A stretch of 64,000 bases of DNA, taken from contig CM102287.1 of assembly GCA_046563655.1 (NCBI GenBank), forward strand, positions 3,658,001-3,722,000. Direction: 5' to 3'. The translations under genes were made by a program, and so were the position numbers. Numbering within the stretch: position 1 is the stretch's first letter; every line of letters begins with the position of its first letter. This DNA comes from Yuukianura sp. NJ FZ-2021 (taxonomy: Eukaryota). The notes under the pieces are model-generated. The model had not been told where the DNA came from. It worked only from the letters and a program-made list of their open reading frames with translations, and searched no databases. This document shows positions 43,490-56,038 of the stretch, piece by piece.

Positions 43490-45370
43490 CAGTGTTCCGT
43501 AAAAAGCGCTTTTTTAAAGTCGATGCTTTGCTTTTTGCTTTAAATAGCTTTTTTTGCTGTTTTAGTCTTCTGGAGACGCATGTCTACGACATGCTGAAGA
43601 AGACTATTGATACGACTTTGTCCGTCTGTCCGTCACACTTTTTAGGATCCTTTGCACTGAAACATTAGTCCCATTTTGTACGGGGGGTACTGTATCGCTC
43701 GATTATTTTCGTTAGATCTACATTGTACTGAAAGTGTTATATTAACAACGGAGAAATGGGCGGCCACTTTACGTACCCGCAGTATCGTGGCTACCCGAAA
43801 ACGTTTTGGTTTCGATTGCACTCAAAATATTTTTAAACAACCAAGTTTTGACCTGTTCATTTTCTGGCAGTATGTTTAGTTGCGTTGTTAACTTAAACCG
43901 GATTAGAGGGAAGAAATTCCGGCTTAAATTCTTAACATGTAAACAGTGCATGACAGGGTTCAAAATTGCGTTTGCAAGAACTTTTCATAATTTTGATTTT
44001 AAACAAGTGATTTTCGACTCTATAACTTATGCACTTAATTTAACACATGGTGCACGTATTTGAACCGATTTTGATTTTTAATAAGCTGTGTGCGACCCCT
44101 GCACCTCAACGTCCAATTTTGTGCACATTTGTAAGTAGATGCACATACATGTCGAATAGCGCAGCTATTTTGACGCTGGGTAATGAACGTTGTTATTTCA
44201 AAATTTGTGCATACTGGAGAACAACTGCACTACATCTTGTAGAATGGTGATCACATCCGAATTACATTAGTCAAACCTGCAGAGCATAATGTTTACAACA
44301 TTTTAATGCAAACGGTTTTTTAATATTTTCTGCTATTGCACAATTTGATGCAACTTATGCACAAAGTAGGACCTCATTTCCGCACTGAAAATTTTGAGCG
44401 ATGTTTTGTAGGATAAAATGCATGAAAACGGTTTTTCATCGTTTTGTTACACGGTTTTGTGGCCTGCCGATCTAAGCCGTATAAACTGTCAACTACCTCC
44501 AGAAGACCTATGCTCAACCCTTGAGCATTGCCCTACCTTGTTTGCTTTTTATGCTTTAAAAGCAGCAAAATTGTTGTTAATGGGAGGGACGGGAGGTGAC
44601 AGGTAAACAAGTACAAAACAAACGAAGGAATTAGGAACAGAGTCTTCCTTTTTGTACTTGTATTGAGTTAGTATGTCTTTTTAAAAATCTTTCACTTGAT
44701 TAACTTGCCAATCAATTGCTAAAAGTGAAGTGTAAGTGAGAATTGCAGCGAAGAACTCCAAATTCAAGGGATCGGATTGGTGGAGACATAGACAATAGTT
44801 TGATTTGAGTTCGTATAGTTCATTTCCATCTGCCAATGCCAATGTGGTATGCTCAAACCAAGTTTGACATAGAGTCTTATGCTGACAATCTACAGCCTCT
44901 AGTTCCATTTTCCAGTTCCTGTCGACACTGGCACAGATAAGGCCGGCACTGGCACAACAGGAATGGAAATGGAGTTAATTTGCGATTGAAGGACAGTTAA
45001 TTGGCTAGCGGTTTCTCGGTACCTGTCGTGCCAGTGCCAGCGTTAGCTGTGCCAGTGTCGACAGGCCCTGGTAACGCCACTGGACTAGTCACTTGAATCA
45101 TATGTTTGGTGTAGGTGTAGGTAGAACACTAGAGAAACCGGGACACTAACTTTTACTTTATTTTTGGCAAATTTGACAATTTGAGTGCATTTAGTAGTTC
45201 CCGCGAGTCCCTTGAAGCTGCGCGTTCTCTTGTTCACGTTGTTTTTGTTTACCAAAAAAACAGCAAAATTTAAAAAAGCAAACTCGAAAAGCGCATGCTT
45301 GCTGGTTTTGCTTTAAAAGCAAAAAAAGCAAGCAAAAAAAGCATCTGCTTTAAAGCACCGCGGAACACTG
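43490..45370. mobile_element. hAT-like non-autonomous element containing HINE copy 9
   Basis: TIR CAGTGTTCCG / CGGAACACTG. 8-bp TSD GTCGTGGG at 43482-43489 and 45371-45378. Confidence 0.9.
43560..44543 (+). mobile_element. HINE family A, copy 9
   Basis: Both termini present; T-run target. Confidence 0.9.
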
Positions 45371-46160
45371 GTCGTGGGCCGGTATGGGTACGATGCTGTT
45401 CCTGTCACTTGCCTGGAGCTGTGATATGTGGTAGGGCCCTAGCCCGTTCAGCTCTAGCAGAAAGCCTTTCGTCCATCCCTCAGAACTTCTCGCCAACTAT
45501 CTGACTGTACCACCGCCCCACCCCAGAGGACATCAACCCAACCCAGAAATTCCTTACCCCTGTTGATAAAGCTATAAATGCTAATGTCAATTAACTCTCC
45601 AAAAATAAAACGACAACTTGCTTTTCAACACAAGTTGAGCTGTTAACAGCAGTGAACTGAGGTAAGAACTTTAATTCAATATCTGGGCTTCCACTTCAAA
45701 AATTGGAATTGAATTGTCAACATAATAGGAGACATAGCGTTGTTAGGTTACGGTTAGGTTATACCCTAACCTAGGGAATACCCTAGCCTTAACGTGCTGC
45801 TCGCTGCACCCAATATGGGCCCGATCATAGGACACGTTAAATTAGAAAACGGCACGACTGGCTAAGATATCCTTTACTACTTTTCGTTCTTTTCGACATA
45901 AACTCATGTGTAGTATATCTAAATTGACAAGATAACTTGCCTGCACAACATCCATGTTACAACCGTGCTATGGCCTACACGAACGGTTCCGAATTTACAA
46001 CCAACAAAGTGTCAATCAAAAATTATTAATGGCACTATTCTCTGCTGCCCAAGTTTCACTAGTTTCACTACAGTGAAAGAAGTGATGATTTAACTATGTT
46101 AGGAAACCTTAAACTCAAACAAACATTCTTGTGATGTAATAGGGAAGCCTGAAACTCAAA

Positions 46161-47058
46161 CTAACATATTTCTGATGTGATACTAGGACATACCTCAACA
46201 GACAGCACGCAGCAAATAACCCCAATCCCGTTCTCACCATCGTCTTGAAGTATTTCCAAAATACCACAAGCAAACTGATGTTCCAAGCATAACATTTCCC
46301 CCGGGGTCGTTGTCTTCGCGCAGGAATATTGTTCGTCCCTAAACCCGCGAATTCCTGCATTGGAGCACATATCCACCCCGAAAATCCTGCGAATTTTAAA
46401 ATTCTTTTAGGAAAATAAATTTATATGGCGAAATGACAAATTTATAGTCTTTACTTATCACTCTTGACGCAATCAAAGCTTCGAGTTAAATAACTGCTCT
46501 CGGCTTCAGGATTGACGGAGTATTGCGCAGGTATTGCTGAATTGGGTTCATTTACTTTTGGACAAGTGTTAAGACGCACTTGGCACCACGTGCCATTGAT
46601 GTTGAAATTATCTTCAACAATAGTACGCAGTCTGGAGCATACGAGAAAGTTGTTTCCGTACCCTCTAAGTTGGTATCCATCTTGGCAGAGAAAGGGAATG
46701 AAACCCGATTTATCGTAAACTAATTCTAGCCCGTCATATTTGTTTTGTACAATGTCATTTAAGGATGTCGTTCGGATGATGTTGTACAACTCTGGTAGTG
46801 AAGACTTAAAATTTACATACTCAGAAAATGGACAGAATGTGCTGATCGTACTTTTCGTGGAGATCATCACGTGTACCTACGTTTTGACAAAACAGAGTGG
46901 TGTGTTTATTGATTCACATTAAGTGTACGATCTGACGTACTAGAAGGATTTGTGTTACAGTATACCTCGTCCCAAGCAGACTCCAGGGTGTCGGCATGTA
47001 TTATTCGGATGAATATATCGGCGACACTGATGAACAGGAGCATATGGTACACACCCAT
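46161..47058 (-). CDS. Cys-rich family member D, three exons (47058-46966, 46876-46455, 46386-46161), about 246 aa, signal-peptide-like N-terminus
   Basis: Leader MGVYHMLLFISVADIFIRIIHA. GT-AG introns give an open frame. Motifs FLCQDGYQLRGY..LVCS and ACG..VICCV. Confidence 0.7.
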
Positions 47059-49357
47059 ACTGAAAGGGAATGAAAAGGATTACTATAACTTTTTCGGACG
47101 GCAACAATGTCGGTGGATTGCGTTTCAAGTTTCAATCCAAAATATCAAACGGTAACTAAAACAGCCTCTGTTTTTGTATTAACTAAGATATGAAGAAACA
47201 TGCGCAATCTATGTATGAAGAACAGCAAAGTAGTCATACCTGTCTGCTACGAAGCTGCCGCCTTTTTGCTGAGTAATTTAAAACTAAGTTATCAATAGAA
47301 CTAGACACTGGGATAAGTAGTTTTGCCAATTATGTATCCTTTATAATATTTCAATACTTTATACCTTCATGTATACATAAACTTACAAATTAGCTTACAA
47401 CGCTTTGATAGGCTGCCTCCTCTTAAACTCAAGTATGGTATCATAGTATCAATCAGTATCATATATTATTATGTAAGTGCTCTTGCCTTAGTTTTGATTA
47501 TACATTCACATAATAATAGTATATTGTAGGGGTAAAACCATTTTTTATTTAAAAACCTATACATGATTCTGGTATAATTCAACACTTTAAGGCATTGTAT
47601 TTGGTGAAAACAATTTCTACGATAATTGAACATGTTTTAAAAAATAATGTGGAACTAATTTTTTGTTGACTATTAACAGAATCGGAACTCCCATAAGTGT
47701 AGTTCAATTCATAATTTGGTTTCAAATCATTTACCACGCAGGCAAAAAATGAATAGCATACGGCACTGAATGCTTTTGATATTCCTGATATTCAACTGGG
47801 CTAACTGCGCATATGGCATCTGGAATTATAGCAGCGCCTCAATTTCGACGTCAAACTTCCGAACCTCAATTTTAAGCCAAGATCTTCTGCTAACAAAAAC
47901 ATGTGGAAAATGTAACCGCACGGCATATCCACAGTCGGCATTTGTATGACCACCCGATAGTTTTACAGGGTTATCACACTCAAGGGTATTGCAAACAAGG
48001 CAAAAGCCGCTATGTATGTCTAACTTGACCTGAGCGTCACCACTAGAACAAAACCGGCTTAAACATTTGACTAAACCAGAATTGCACCATTACCCCATTG
48101 TATTGCAGCCACCGACGTCATATCTAACCACGCATTGCTTATATGAGTAAGCCGCATGAAGCCATAATTATAAATAATTTAATAATACTTCTTAATTATT
48201 ATATTATAATATTATTATTTATCATATTTATAATATAAATAAATTTAACACTTATTTTTAAACTAAATTTCGTTTTGGCAGGCAAGGAAAGTCTCATTCT
48301 CCCCTAAAACAAAGGGATTCCTACCATCGCCTCCGAAGCAGATACGTTTTTGAGGAAATGGCCTCAAATTCTCAAAACGGATGGTGGGATTGTAGTTACC
48401 ATCACCGTCTACCACCCATTTCTCAGAAAATCAAACTTGTCTAATAGCGTGAGTTGGAAAAATTTAATTGATTGGTATGTAACACATACAGTGTTACTTA
48501 ACTATAGGTTAACTTACTAATTAGATTTAACTTACCTAACTTTGAAATATTTGAACGCCGTAGAGCCTTTTGCAGTTATTTGTTGTCGAGTCGTCTATGG
48601 ATGGAGCTGAACTCTTTGTTCTGGGCTAACCAGTTTGTGTCTTCTAAATATAGCAACGAGTACAAAAGCCAGGAAGTAGTTGATACCTTATTGTGATTAC
48701 GTTTATTGTTTTGCCCGAGTTTAGCTTCATGACTTCCTCATTTACATCAAAAAGAGTAATACATGTCAAGCGGAAGTAGCGAAATGGGCACAGACGTTGC
48801 AAGGGTGATGATGACTTCAAAGCTTGAGATGAAAGGTCCTGTTGACCTGCAGATACTTTTTCATTCCAATATAATGTTCAACTTTTGAGGGGGCAATTCC
48901 CTTTAATTTTCGGTATTAAGAAAGAATCAGACCGTTGACTCTGTACTCCCATTAACTCGGAAATCAATTTATCCCGCTAAGTCATGTAAAATTCACCAGT
49001 CAAAAAGACCATTTTAAATCGGTTCATTAGATCTTGGCAGACGGACATATATTTGAGACGTTTATATCTATCTATATGTCATAAAGTAGTTTTTAAAAAA
49101 GTAACGTAATTTCCGGCATAAAATGCCTTTTCGCTTATAATACAGTTGTGTATATTTTCTCAAAACACGTAAAGTAGGTAAAATTACCTTGCGGGATAAT
49201 TACCTTACCTTCCAGCCAAATGTGTGTCGTAGCGGATTTTCTCTTTCTCCAGTTGAAATCAAAACTCCTAACCAAATATTTTCAACCCTTATGGCCGAAT
49301 ATTTTTTTTAAATATAAAAATGTTTAATATTTAAGAAAATATTGTTTGCAGCCCTGA

Positions 49358-50198
49358 TTATTAAGTATCGTCAGAGACTTATAGGGATCGTAGTGTCCGT
49401 CCGTCCGTCCGTCCGCCTGTAATGCTTATAACCCGATAACCACTGCACCGATTTCAAAGCGTTTTTATAATTAGTAACTACTGACTAGATTACTGCAAAT
49501 CAGTTGTTGGATTCACCTCAGGTGACTCCTAATGGTGTCAAAGGTCAAGGTTATGCCCATTTACAATACGGAAACGGATGCACAGACTCGGAAGGGGTTT
49601 GCAGGAATTCGGTTTTTATGAGCTCGAGTGGGTTGAAGTAAACTTGGGTGCCCTGCTTCTCCTCACCAGTTCAAATTTTCGCGCTGCCTCCATTGTACCC
49701 ACCCAGTGTCCCCACTGGATGGAGACATTTTTCCCCACCACAATCAAAAGCAGTAGGTCCACCTAGCGTCAGTATAGTAACCTCTGAATTCAAGCTGGCG
49801 CCGTTCTTTTCTGCCTGTGAAAATGATTACGTCTTCTGTAGGTTTGGCTGACTGAGTTTCGCTATGTTGACTACATCTGACTTGAGTGGGTACAATGTAG
49901 TAATCGTACAACGTTGCCAGCTCGAATCCGCTAGTTCCGCTTCAGCCGCTAGTGGGACTCGGTGTAAGGCTGGTGGGTACATATTTCTCTACAATTCGGA
50001 AATGGATGGACCGATTCGGAAGTAGTTTCCGGGAATGGATGTTTGACGACGGCAAAGACTAAAATTCCGAATGTTGTTTGAGCTCAAATGACCTCCTAAT
50101 TACAGAAATCTAGGCCAACAATATCCTGCGCGGGAACCCTCTATAATTATAATTCATCTGACGATACTTATTTACATCGTCTTTGCAAGAAGTTTATT
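49358..50198 (+). mobile_element. Second DINE-1/HINE-like family (B), copy 1
   Basis: Subterminal IR TAAGTATCGTCAGA / TCTGACGATACTTA. (GTCC)n microsatellite near the 5' end. Ends are shared with 57979-59477. Confidence 0.75.
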
Positions 50199-50439
50199 TA
50201 TTAAGAAGTTTTCTATGGTTTCAGCTAATTCTACATTCAATATTTCTAATCGATAATCATTTCCCTACGGTTAGTAAATCTACGTTTAACTTAAATTTTA
50301 GTTCTAAGAAGCTCCAAACTTTCAGCAAATGACTATGGTTCTAGCAACAAGCAGCCTCTCTGCAAACGACTACTACTAAAAATTCTACACAATAGTTCTG
50401 CAACATGAGCCAAAAGTTGACAAAAGTTGAGTACATTTC

Positions 50440-51030
50440 AAAAAACAAAGCCTATCGCAATCAATCACTCTGAACTCACGAGCGAACGTTCCCAACCGTT
50501 TGTCGATTTTTTGAATTTAAACAATATAGCCATATTCTGTATGTTAAAAGAAACTTTTCTGCACTTGTCTCGGTTTGCACCTCCGAAAAAAAATACATCA
50601 ACCTTGGCTCGAACCGGCGGCCCCACTCCAGAAAAAAGAGAAACAATATTTTTTATGTCGAATTAGGAGAATAAGAGAAAACGTCCAGATAGTATGATAG
50701 AACACACTAAACACGTTTTCTGAAGAATATTTTCTTCTTCGGTCACGGGTTCGAAAACCTGCACATCCCAAAAGCAGCTTTTGTTTATTTTGCTAAATTG
50801 CGAGGGGAAAACGGTATCACGAAAACAGCCGAAATGATAGTTTTGCAACAAAATCAAGGTTGTCAGCGCAAAAATTACGTTTTCGCCTCCAAAATTTTAT
50901 TTGTTGCCATGGAAACAAATTTGGGGCGTGCCGGTATTCGTGGCACTCACTGTATTTTTTAAATTCAAAAATTTGACAAACGGTTGGGTATGTTCGCTCG
51001 TGAGTTCAGAGTAATTGGTAGGGTTTGTTT
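50440..51030. repeat. TIR element with inverted arms of about 80 bp
   Basis: CTCTGAACTCACGAGCGAAC..CCCAACCGTTTGTC (about 50467-50505) is inverted against GACAAACGGTTGGG..GTTCGCTCGTGAGTTCAGAG (about 50975-51011). Confidence 0.7.
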
Positions 51031-51131
51031 TTAGTCTTCTGGAGGGTGCATGGTGCACATGGTGCATGTATTCATCGAGTTACCAAGACGATTTCGATTT
51101 TTTTCTCTTTAACTAGAGTGGACATGCACCA

Positions 51132-52054
51132 TTTTTAGTCTTCTGGAGACGCACGTCTACGACGTGCTGAAGAAGACTATTGATACGACTTTGTCCGTCC
51201 GTTCGCTTTTTTAGGATCTTTTGCACTGAAACATTAGCCCCATCGCAGTCGGGGGTTATGTATGGCTCAAGTATTTTCACTAGCTCTACATTGCACTCAA
51301 AGTCGTACATTAACAACGTCAAAGTATGCGGCTGAATCGCGTTGCTGTTTCTTTAGTCCTAAAATTGTTGTGTTAGGTCTGCATTATACTCAAAATATTT
51401 TTTAACAACGAAGTTTTGATCTGCTCATTTTCCGACGATATGTTAATTTACGTTGTTAAGTTGGGACTTATTAGAGGGCAGAAAATACGGCTTAAATGTG
51501 TAATATGTGAACAAAGCATGACAGGTTCAAATTTGCGTTCACAAGAAATTTTGATTTTAAATAGCGATATTCGAGCCTATAACTTATGCACTTAACAACA
51601 CATGGTGCATTTATTTGAACCGATTTTGATTCTACAGAAACGATATGCGACACCCTTTCCTCAACGTTCAATTTTGTGCATGTTGCACACTTATTGCACA
51701 TCAATGTAAAATTGTGCAGTTATTTTGACGCTGGGTAATGGACGTTGTGATGTCAAAATCTGTGCATATTTGGGAACAATTGTGCAGCAAAATAATTTTG
51801 AAGAGAGTGAAAACTGTTCAGTTGAACAACATTTTGATGAAAACGGTTTTTAACATTTTGGTGCAATTGTGCACAGAAGGCCCCACATCTGCACTGAAAA
51901 GTATTAGCGATGTTTCGTAGGATAAATCTCGTGAAAACGGTTTCTTAACGTTTTTCTTCAACGGGTTTGCGGACAGCGGTCTAAAAACCGTATCAATTGT
52001 CAACACCCTCCAGAAGACATATGCTCAACCCTTGAGCATCGCCCTACCTTGTTT
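51132..52054 (+). mobile_element. HINE family A, copy 10
   Basis: Both termini present. Confidence 0.9.
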
Positions 52055-52073
52055 CAACAAAAATTTTGAAACA

Positions 52074-54520
52074 TTTTAGTCTTCTGGAGACGCACGTCTA
52101 CGACGTACTGAAGAAGACTATTGATACGACTTTGTCCGTCTGTCCTGTTTTTTAGAAATCTTTCTACTGAAACATGAGCCCAATCCCGTTCGGGGGGTTA
52201 TGTATGGCTCTGTTTTTCTTAGATCTACATTATACTCAAAGTGGTATATTAACAACGTGAGAATGGCCGGTCACTTCTGCAGTGCTGCTTCTTAGGTCCT
52301 CAAAATGCTTGAATTAGGTCTGCATTACACTCAAAATATTTTTTAACAACGAAGTTTTGATCTGGTCATTTTCTGACAGTTAGTTTAATTACGTTGTTAA
52401 ATTAAGCCTAATTAGAGGGTAGAAATTCCGGCTTAAATTCTTAATACGTAAACAGTGCATGGCAGGGTTCAAATTTGCCTTTGCAAGAAATTTTTTATAA
52501 TTTTCATTTTGAACAAGCGATATTCGACTCCACAGCTTATGCACTTAATAAGCCATGGTGCATTTACTTGAACCGATTTTGATTTTAAGAAACGATATTC
52601 GACACCGTTTCTTGAACGTTCAATTTTGTGCATGTTGCACATTTATCGCACATGAATGTAAAATTGTACAGATATTTCGACGCAGGGTAATGGACGTTGT
52701 TAGCTCAAAATCTGTGCACATTTGGGAACAATTGGGCTGCTGGGACGTAAAACCACGAGTTTCGTGTTTACAGAAAATGGTGCATTTTCCCTGGCGATTT
52801 GCACCAAAATTGTGTGATTTTAAGGCCGTTGCACACATTTTTTTACAAACCGTTTTCCGCGAATTTCCGCTGAACTACGATTAGCAAATGAGGGCCGTTT
52901 TACATACGACAAACTACAACTTGTAGTATGATTGTTTATGGTTGGCATAGCTTAAGATTGACAAAAACGATTTTAGACTAAAAAAGGATTGTCGAGTGCC
53001 ACTCCAAAGCCGTTTTCACTTTTAACTTAGAATTGGCTGCACATCCAGGGGCTGCCACCGTTTCCGTGTAAAACACAAAACAGAAAAGTTTTTTGAATTT
53101 TTTGAAACGGTACCTTTTGCTTCGTTTCCGTTTTCGCCAAAAAACCAAACGAAAACGAAAATCAAAACACGGAAAGCAGAAAACCTAGGAAAAATGTCCA
53201 TTCTTGCGACAACCCGTACTGATTTTTTGCGAAATTAAAATTATACGTTAGAATTATAGTCCATTCAAACAATTTTGACCTGCTTCGGAATGAAAAGAAG
53301 TGGATTTTTGAAAGGCAGAACATGAAACCAAATTTCTGAAATTTCGCTATGCATTCAACCGTTTTACCGTTTCCAAACAGTTTTTTCGTTCAGTTTTCGT
53401 TTATCTGTTTTATGACCGTTTCCGTGTCCCGGTTGCGGCCTAACATTCCGTGCCGTTTCCGTTGTTAGAAAAAACGAAAACGAAACGCACGACGGAACCC
53501 CTAGACCTAATGAATCCGAAAGGAGCTTCGTGCAAAAAGTATGAGTTACTTGAAAACATAAAAAATAAATAAAACGTACAAAAGAAAAGCAGCATCGGTT
53601 TCAAAAAATTCGTTAATCTAAACAAAGATGAACAAAACTTTATTAACATTTTGTGAATTTCGATCTTCGACCTTCAATTTTTTCTTCGAATTTCGCGCTA
53701 AATTTTAATGTCTCGTATTATTCCTCGTCTAGTAGAGGTATGTTTCTTCCACTGCATATCCAATGGAAATATCAAATAAACCTATTTGAAGACACAATGT
53801 TTTCGCGTTTACAGTATGGTAAATACTAAAGAAAAATTTTTGCATCAAAAATGAAAATTAAGCAATTACAATTTAGTGGTTTCTAATGTTTGATTTAACT
53901 TGATCCAATTTTTCTTTAATTGAAAAAGTTTCACTACTTCATTTTCAAAATTTTATTCAACTTTTTTTTATCATATTTCAGTTTATATTTTGAATCTCTC
54001 GCACATTCGTCACTATCCTTAATCTTCTAGAACATGCTGGGGACAATTTTCTTACAGCGGTAAATTTCCTTCATTCAGTAATTTCATTAAATCCGCCAAA
54101 TGGCGCGGCGCGAAAAAAAAACGGGGCGGACAGTACCTCTGTGTGAACTCGCCTTAACACTTCCAAATTTTTGAAAATTGCCGAGGCAACGCATCAAAAT
54201 TTTTAGTAAATACGAAAGTCGTGGTTTTACGTCCCAGCCGGATAATTATGCAGCAAAATAATTGTGAAGAGAGTGAAAACTGTTCAAAGTTGAACAACAT
54301 TTTGATGCAAACGGTTTTTTAACATTTTGGTTAGGTGCACAAAAGCCCCACATCTGCACTGAAAATTATGAGCGATGTTTTGTTGCATAAATCTAGTAAA
54401 AACGGTTTCTTAACGTTTCTCTTTGACTGGTTTGCGGACAGCCGGTTTAAAAGCCGTATCAATTGTCAACTTCCTCCAGAAGACCTATGCTCAACCCTTG
54501 AGCATCGCCCTACCTTGTTT
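52074..54520 (+). mobile_element. HINE family A, copy 11 (19 bp downstream of copy 10; hosts a Sola1 derivative)
   Basis: Both termini present. Confidence 0.9.
52734..54243 (+). mobile_element. Non-autonomous Sola1-type element (1510 bp)
   Basis: Same termini as 32062-34867 (GGGCTGCTGGGACG...CGTCCCAGCCGGAT). AATT TSD at 52730-52733 and 54244-54247. No transposase. Confidence 0.85.
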
Positions 54521-55199
54521 GAAGTAGAATCGAGTGGGAAAAAACCGCTTTCATCCCAAGCTTAAGACACGTTCACACAAACGATGAAGTTATTCAGTTT
54601 TCAATTTCTTAAATTCTAAAATTTCTTAAATTATAAATAATAATGCTAACAAGGTAGGGCGATGCTCAAGGGTTGAGCATAGGTCTTCTGGAGGGAGTTC
54701 ACAATTCATACGACTTAAACCGGTCTGCATGAAAACTGTAGAAGAACTGAGAAGCCGTTTTCATGTACTTGATGCACCAAAACGTCGCTCAAACTTTTCA
54801 GTGCGGGTGGTGTGAGGTCCAATTTCGTGCATGAGTTGCACCAGAATTGGGTTGGCAATTCTACCATTTAATTGCACCAAAATTATGTTTCAGTTTTGAG
54901 CCCCAAAATATTTGCACTAAATTGATTATGACACATAATGTATTATCGGTGTTGACAAGGCAATGTACTAGTATTAGCGAAACGAGCGTAAATAAAACGG
55001 CATCAAAATAATGATATCGAATTGAGCTTTGTGCATGATGCACAAAATTGAACGCTGAGGAGAATGGGTCGAATACCCCTTCTTTCAAATCCAAATCGGT
55101 TCATGAAAATGCACGGTGTGTTAAATTAAGTGCATAACTTATTGAGTCGAAAATCGCTTGTTTATAATCAAAATTATAAAAATTTCTTGCAAAGGCAAA

Positions 55200-55960
55200 G
55201 GAGGGTTTCGGTTAAGCTCAGTTTTTGGGCCATTCAAAAGTGGGTGTATTTGAAATTACGCCATGATGAAATTTTCAAGGTAGCTAGATGAAGGCATGTA
55301 GAAAAGTATGTGAAATTTTCAAAATGGCGTCATTTCAAATACTGGCTAAACTTGTGGTCCAACTCCGGCAACTTTAACGGATTCAAAGCACAAAAATGCC
55401 GGAATTAGAAAAAATACCTGGGTAACCGTGTTTTTGGATAAAACTAGTACCCCAGTAAAACGTAAAATTAGAAATTGTGCATCCGAGCAACAGAAAGGTG
55501 GTAATTGTGCAACAGAAGCACCTAAAAGTGGCAGGTTGTGCATCTTTAAGGCTAAGTACTTTGAGATTGTACAACATCAAAAACCGAAAAGTTGGAAATT
55601 GTACAGTACAGAAAACACAAAAGTACCGAGGTGCACAATGCCACTTACCTAAAAGCTGGAATTGGTGCACCAAAAACGTAAAAAGGTGAACGTTTACAGT
55701 GCACAAGTTCAAAAAATTGAAATTGTGCAATGTGAAAAACTGAAAACCGGTGGAATTGTTCCATCCAGCAACGAAAAGTTTACGGGGTGCAACTTAAAAA
55801 CCCGAAAGGTGGTAGTTGTGCAACTTAAAAACCCGAAAAGTGGTAGTTGTGCAAACGAAAAATCCGAAAGGGGGTTAAGTTGTGCAACGTGCACACAAAA
55901 CGTAAATAATTTCCAAATATGGGCATTGGGCCCAAAAAATGACCTTAACGCAAACCCTCC
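55200..55960. mobile_element. Spy-like non-autonomous element (AAA|TTT insertion, no TSD)
   Basis: TIR GGAGGGTTT..TTAAG..TTTTTGGGCCC / GGGCCCAAAAA..CTTAA..AAACCCTCC. It sits between GCAAA and TTT of the HINE consensus GCAAATTTGAACCCTGCC with nothing duplicated. Confidence 0.75.
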
Positions 55961-56038
55961 TTTTAACCCTGCCAAGCACTGTTTCCATATTATGAGTTTA
56001 AGCCAGATTTTCTACCCTCTAGTTAAGTCTTAATTTAA

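Larger units (their letters stand above)
43271..45546 (+). mobile_element. tRNA-derived SINE, interrupted by a hAT element
   Basis: A-box-like TAGGCCGGGGG at about 43277 and B-box GGTTCGAGTCC at about 43332-43342. The GC-richer body resumes at 45379 and ends in CAACCCAACCC. Confidence 0.6.
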
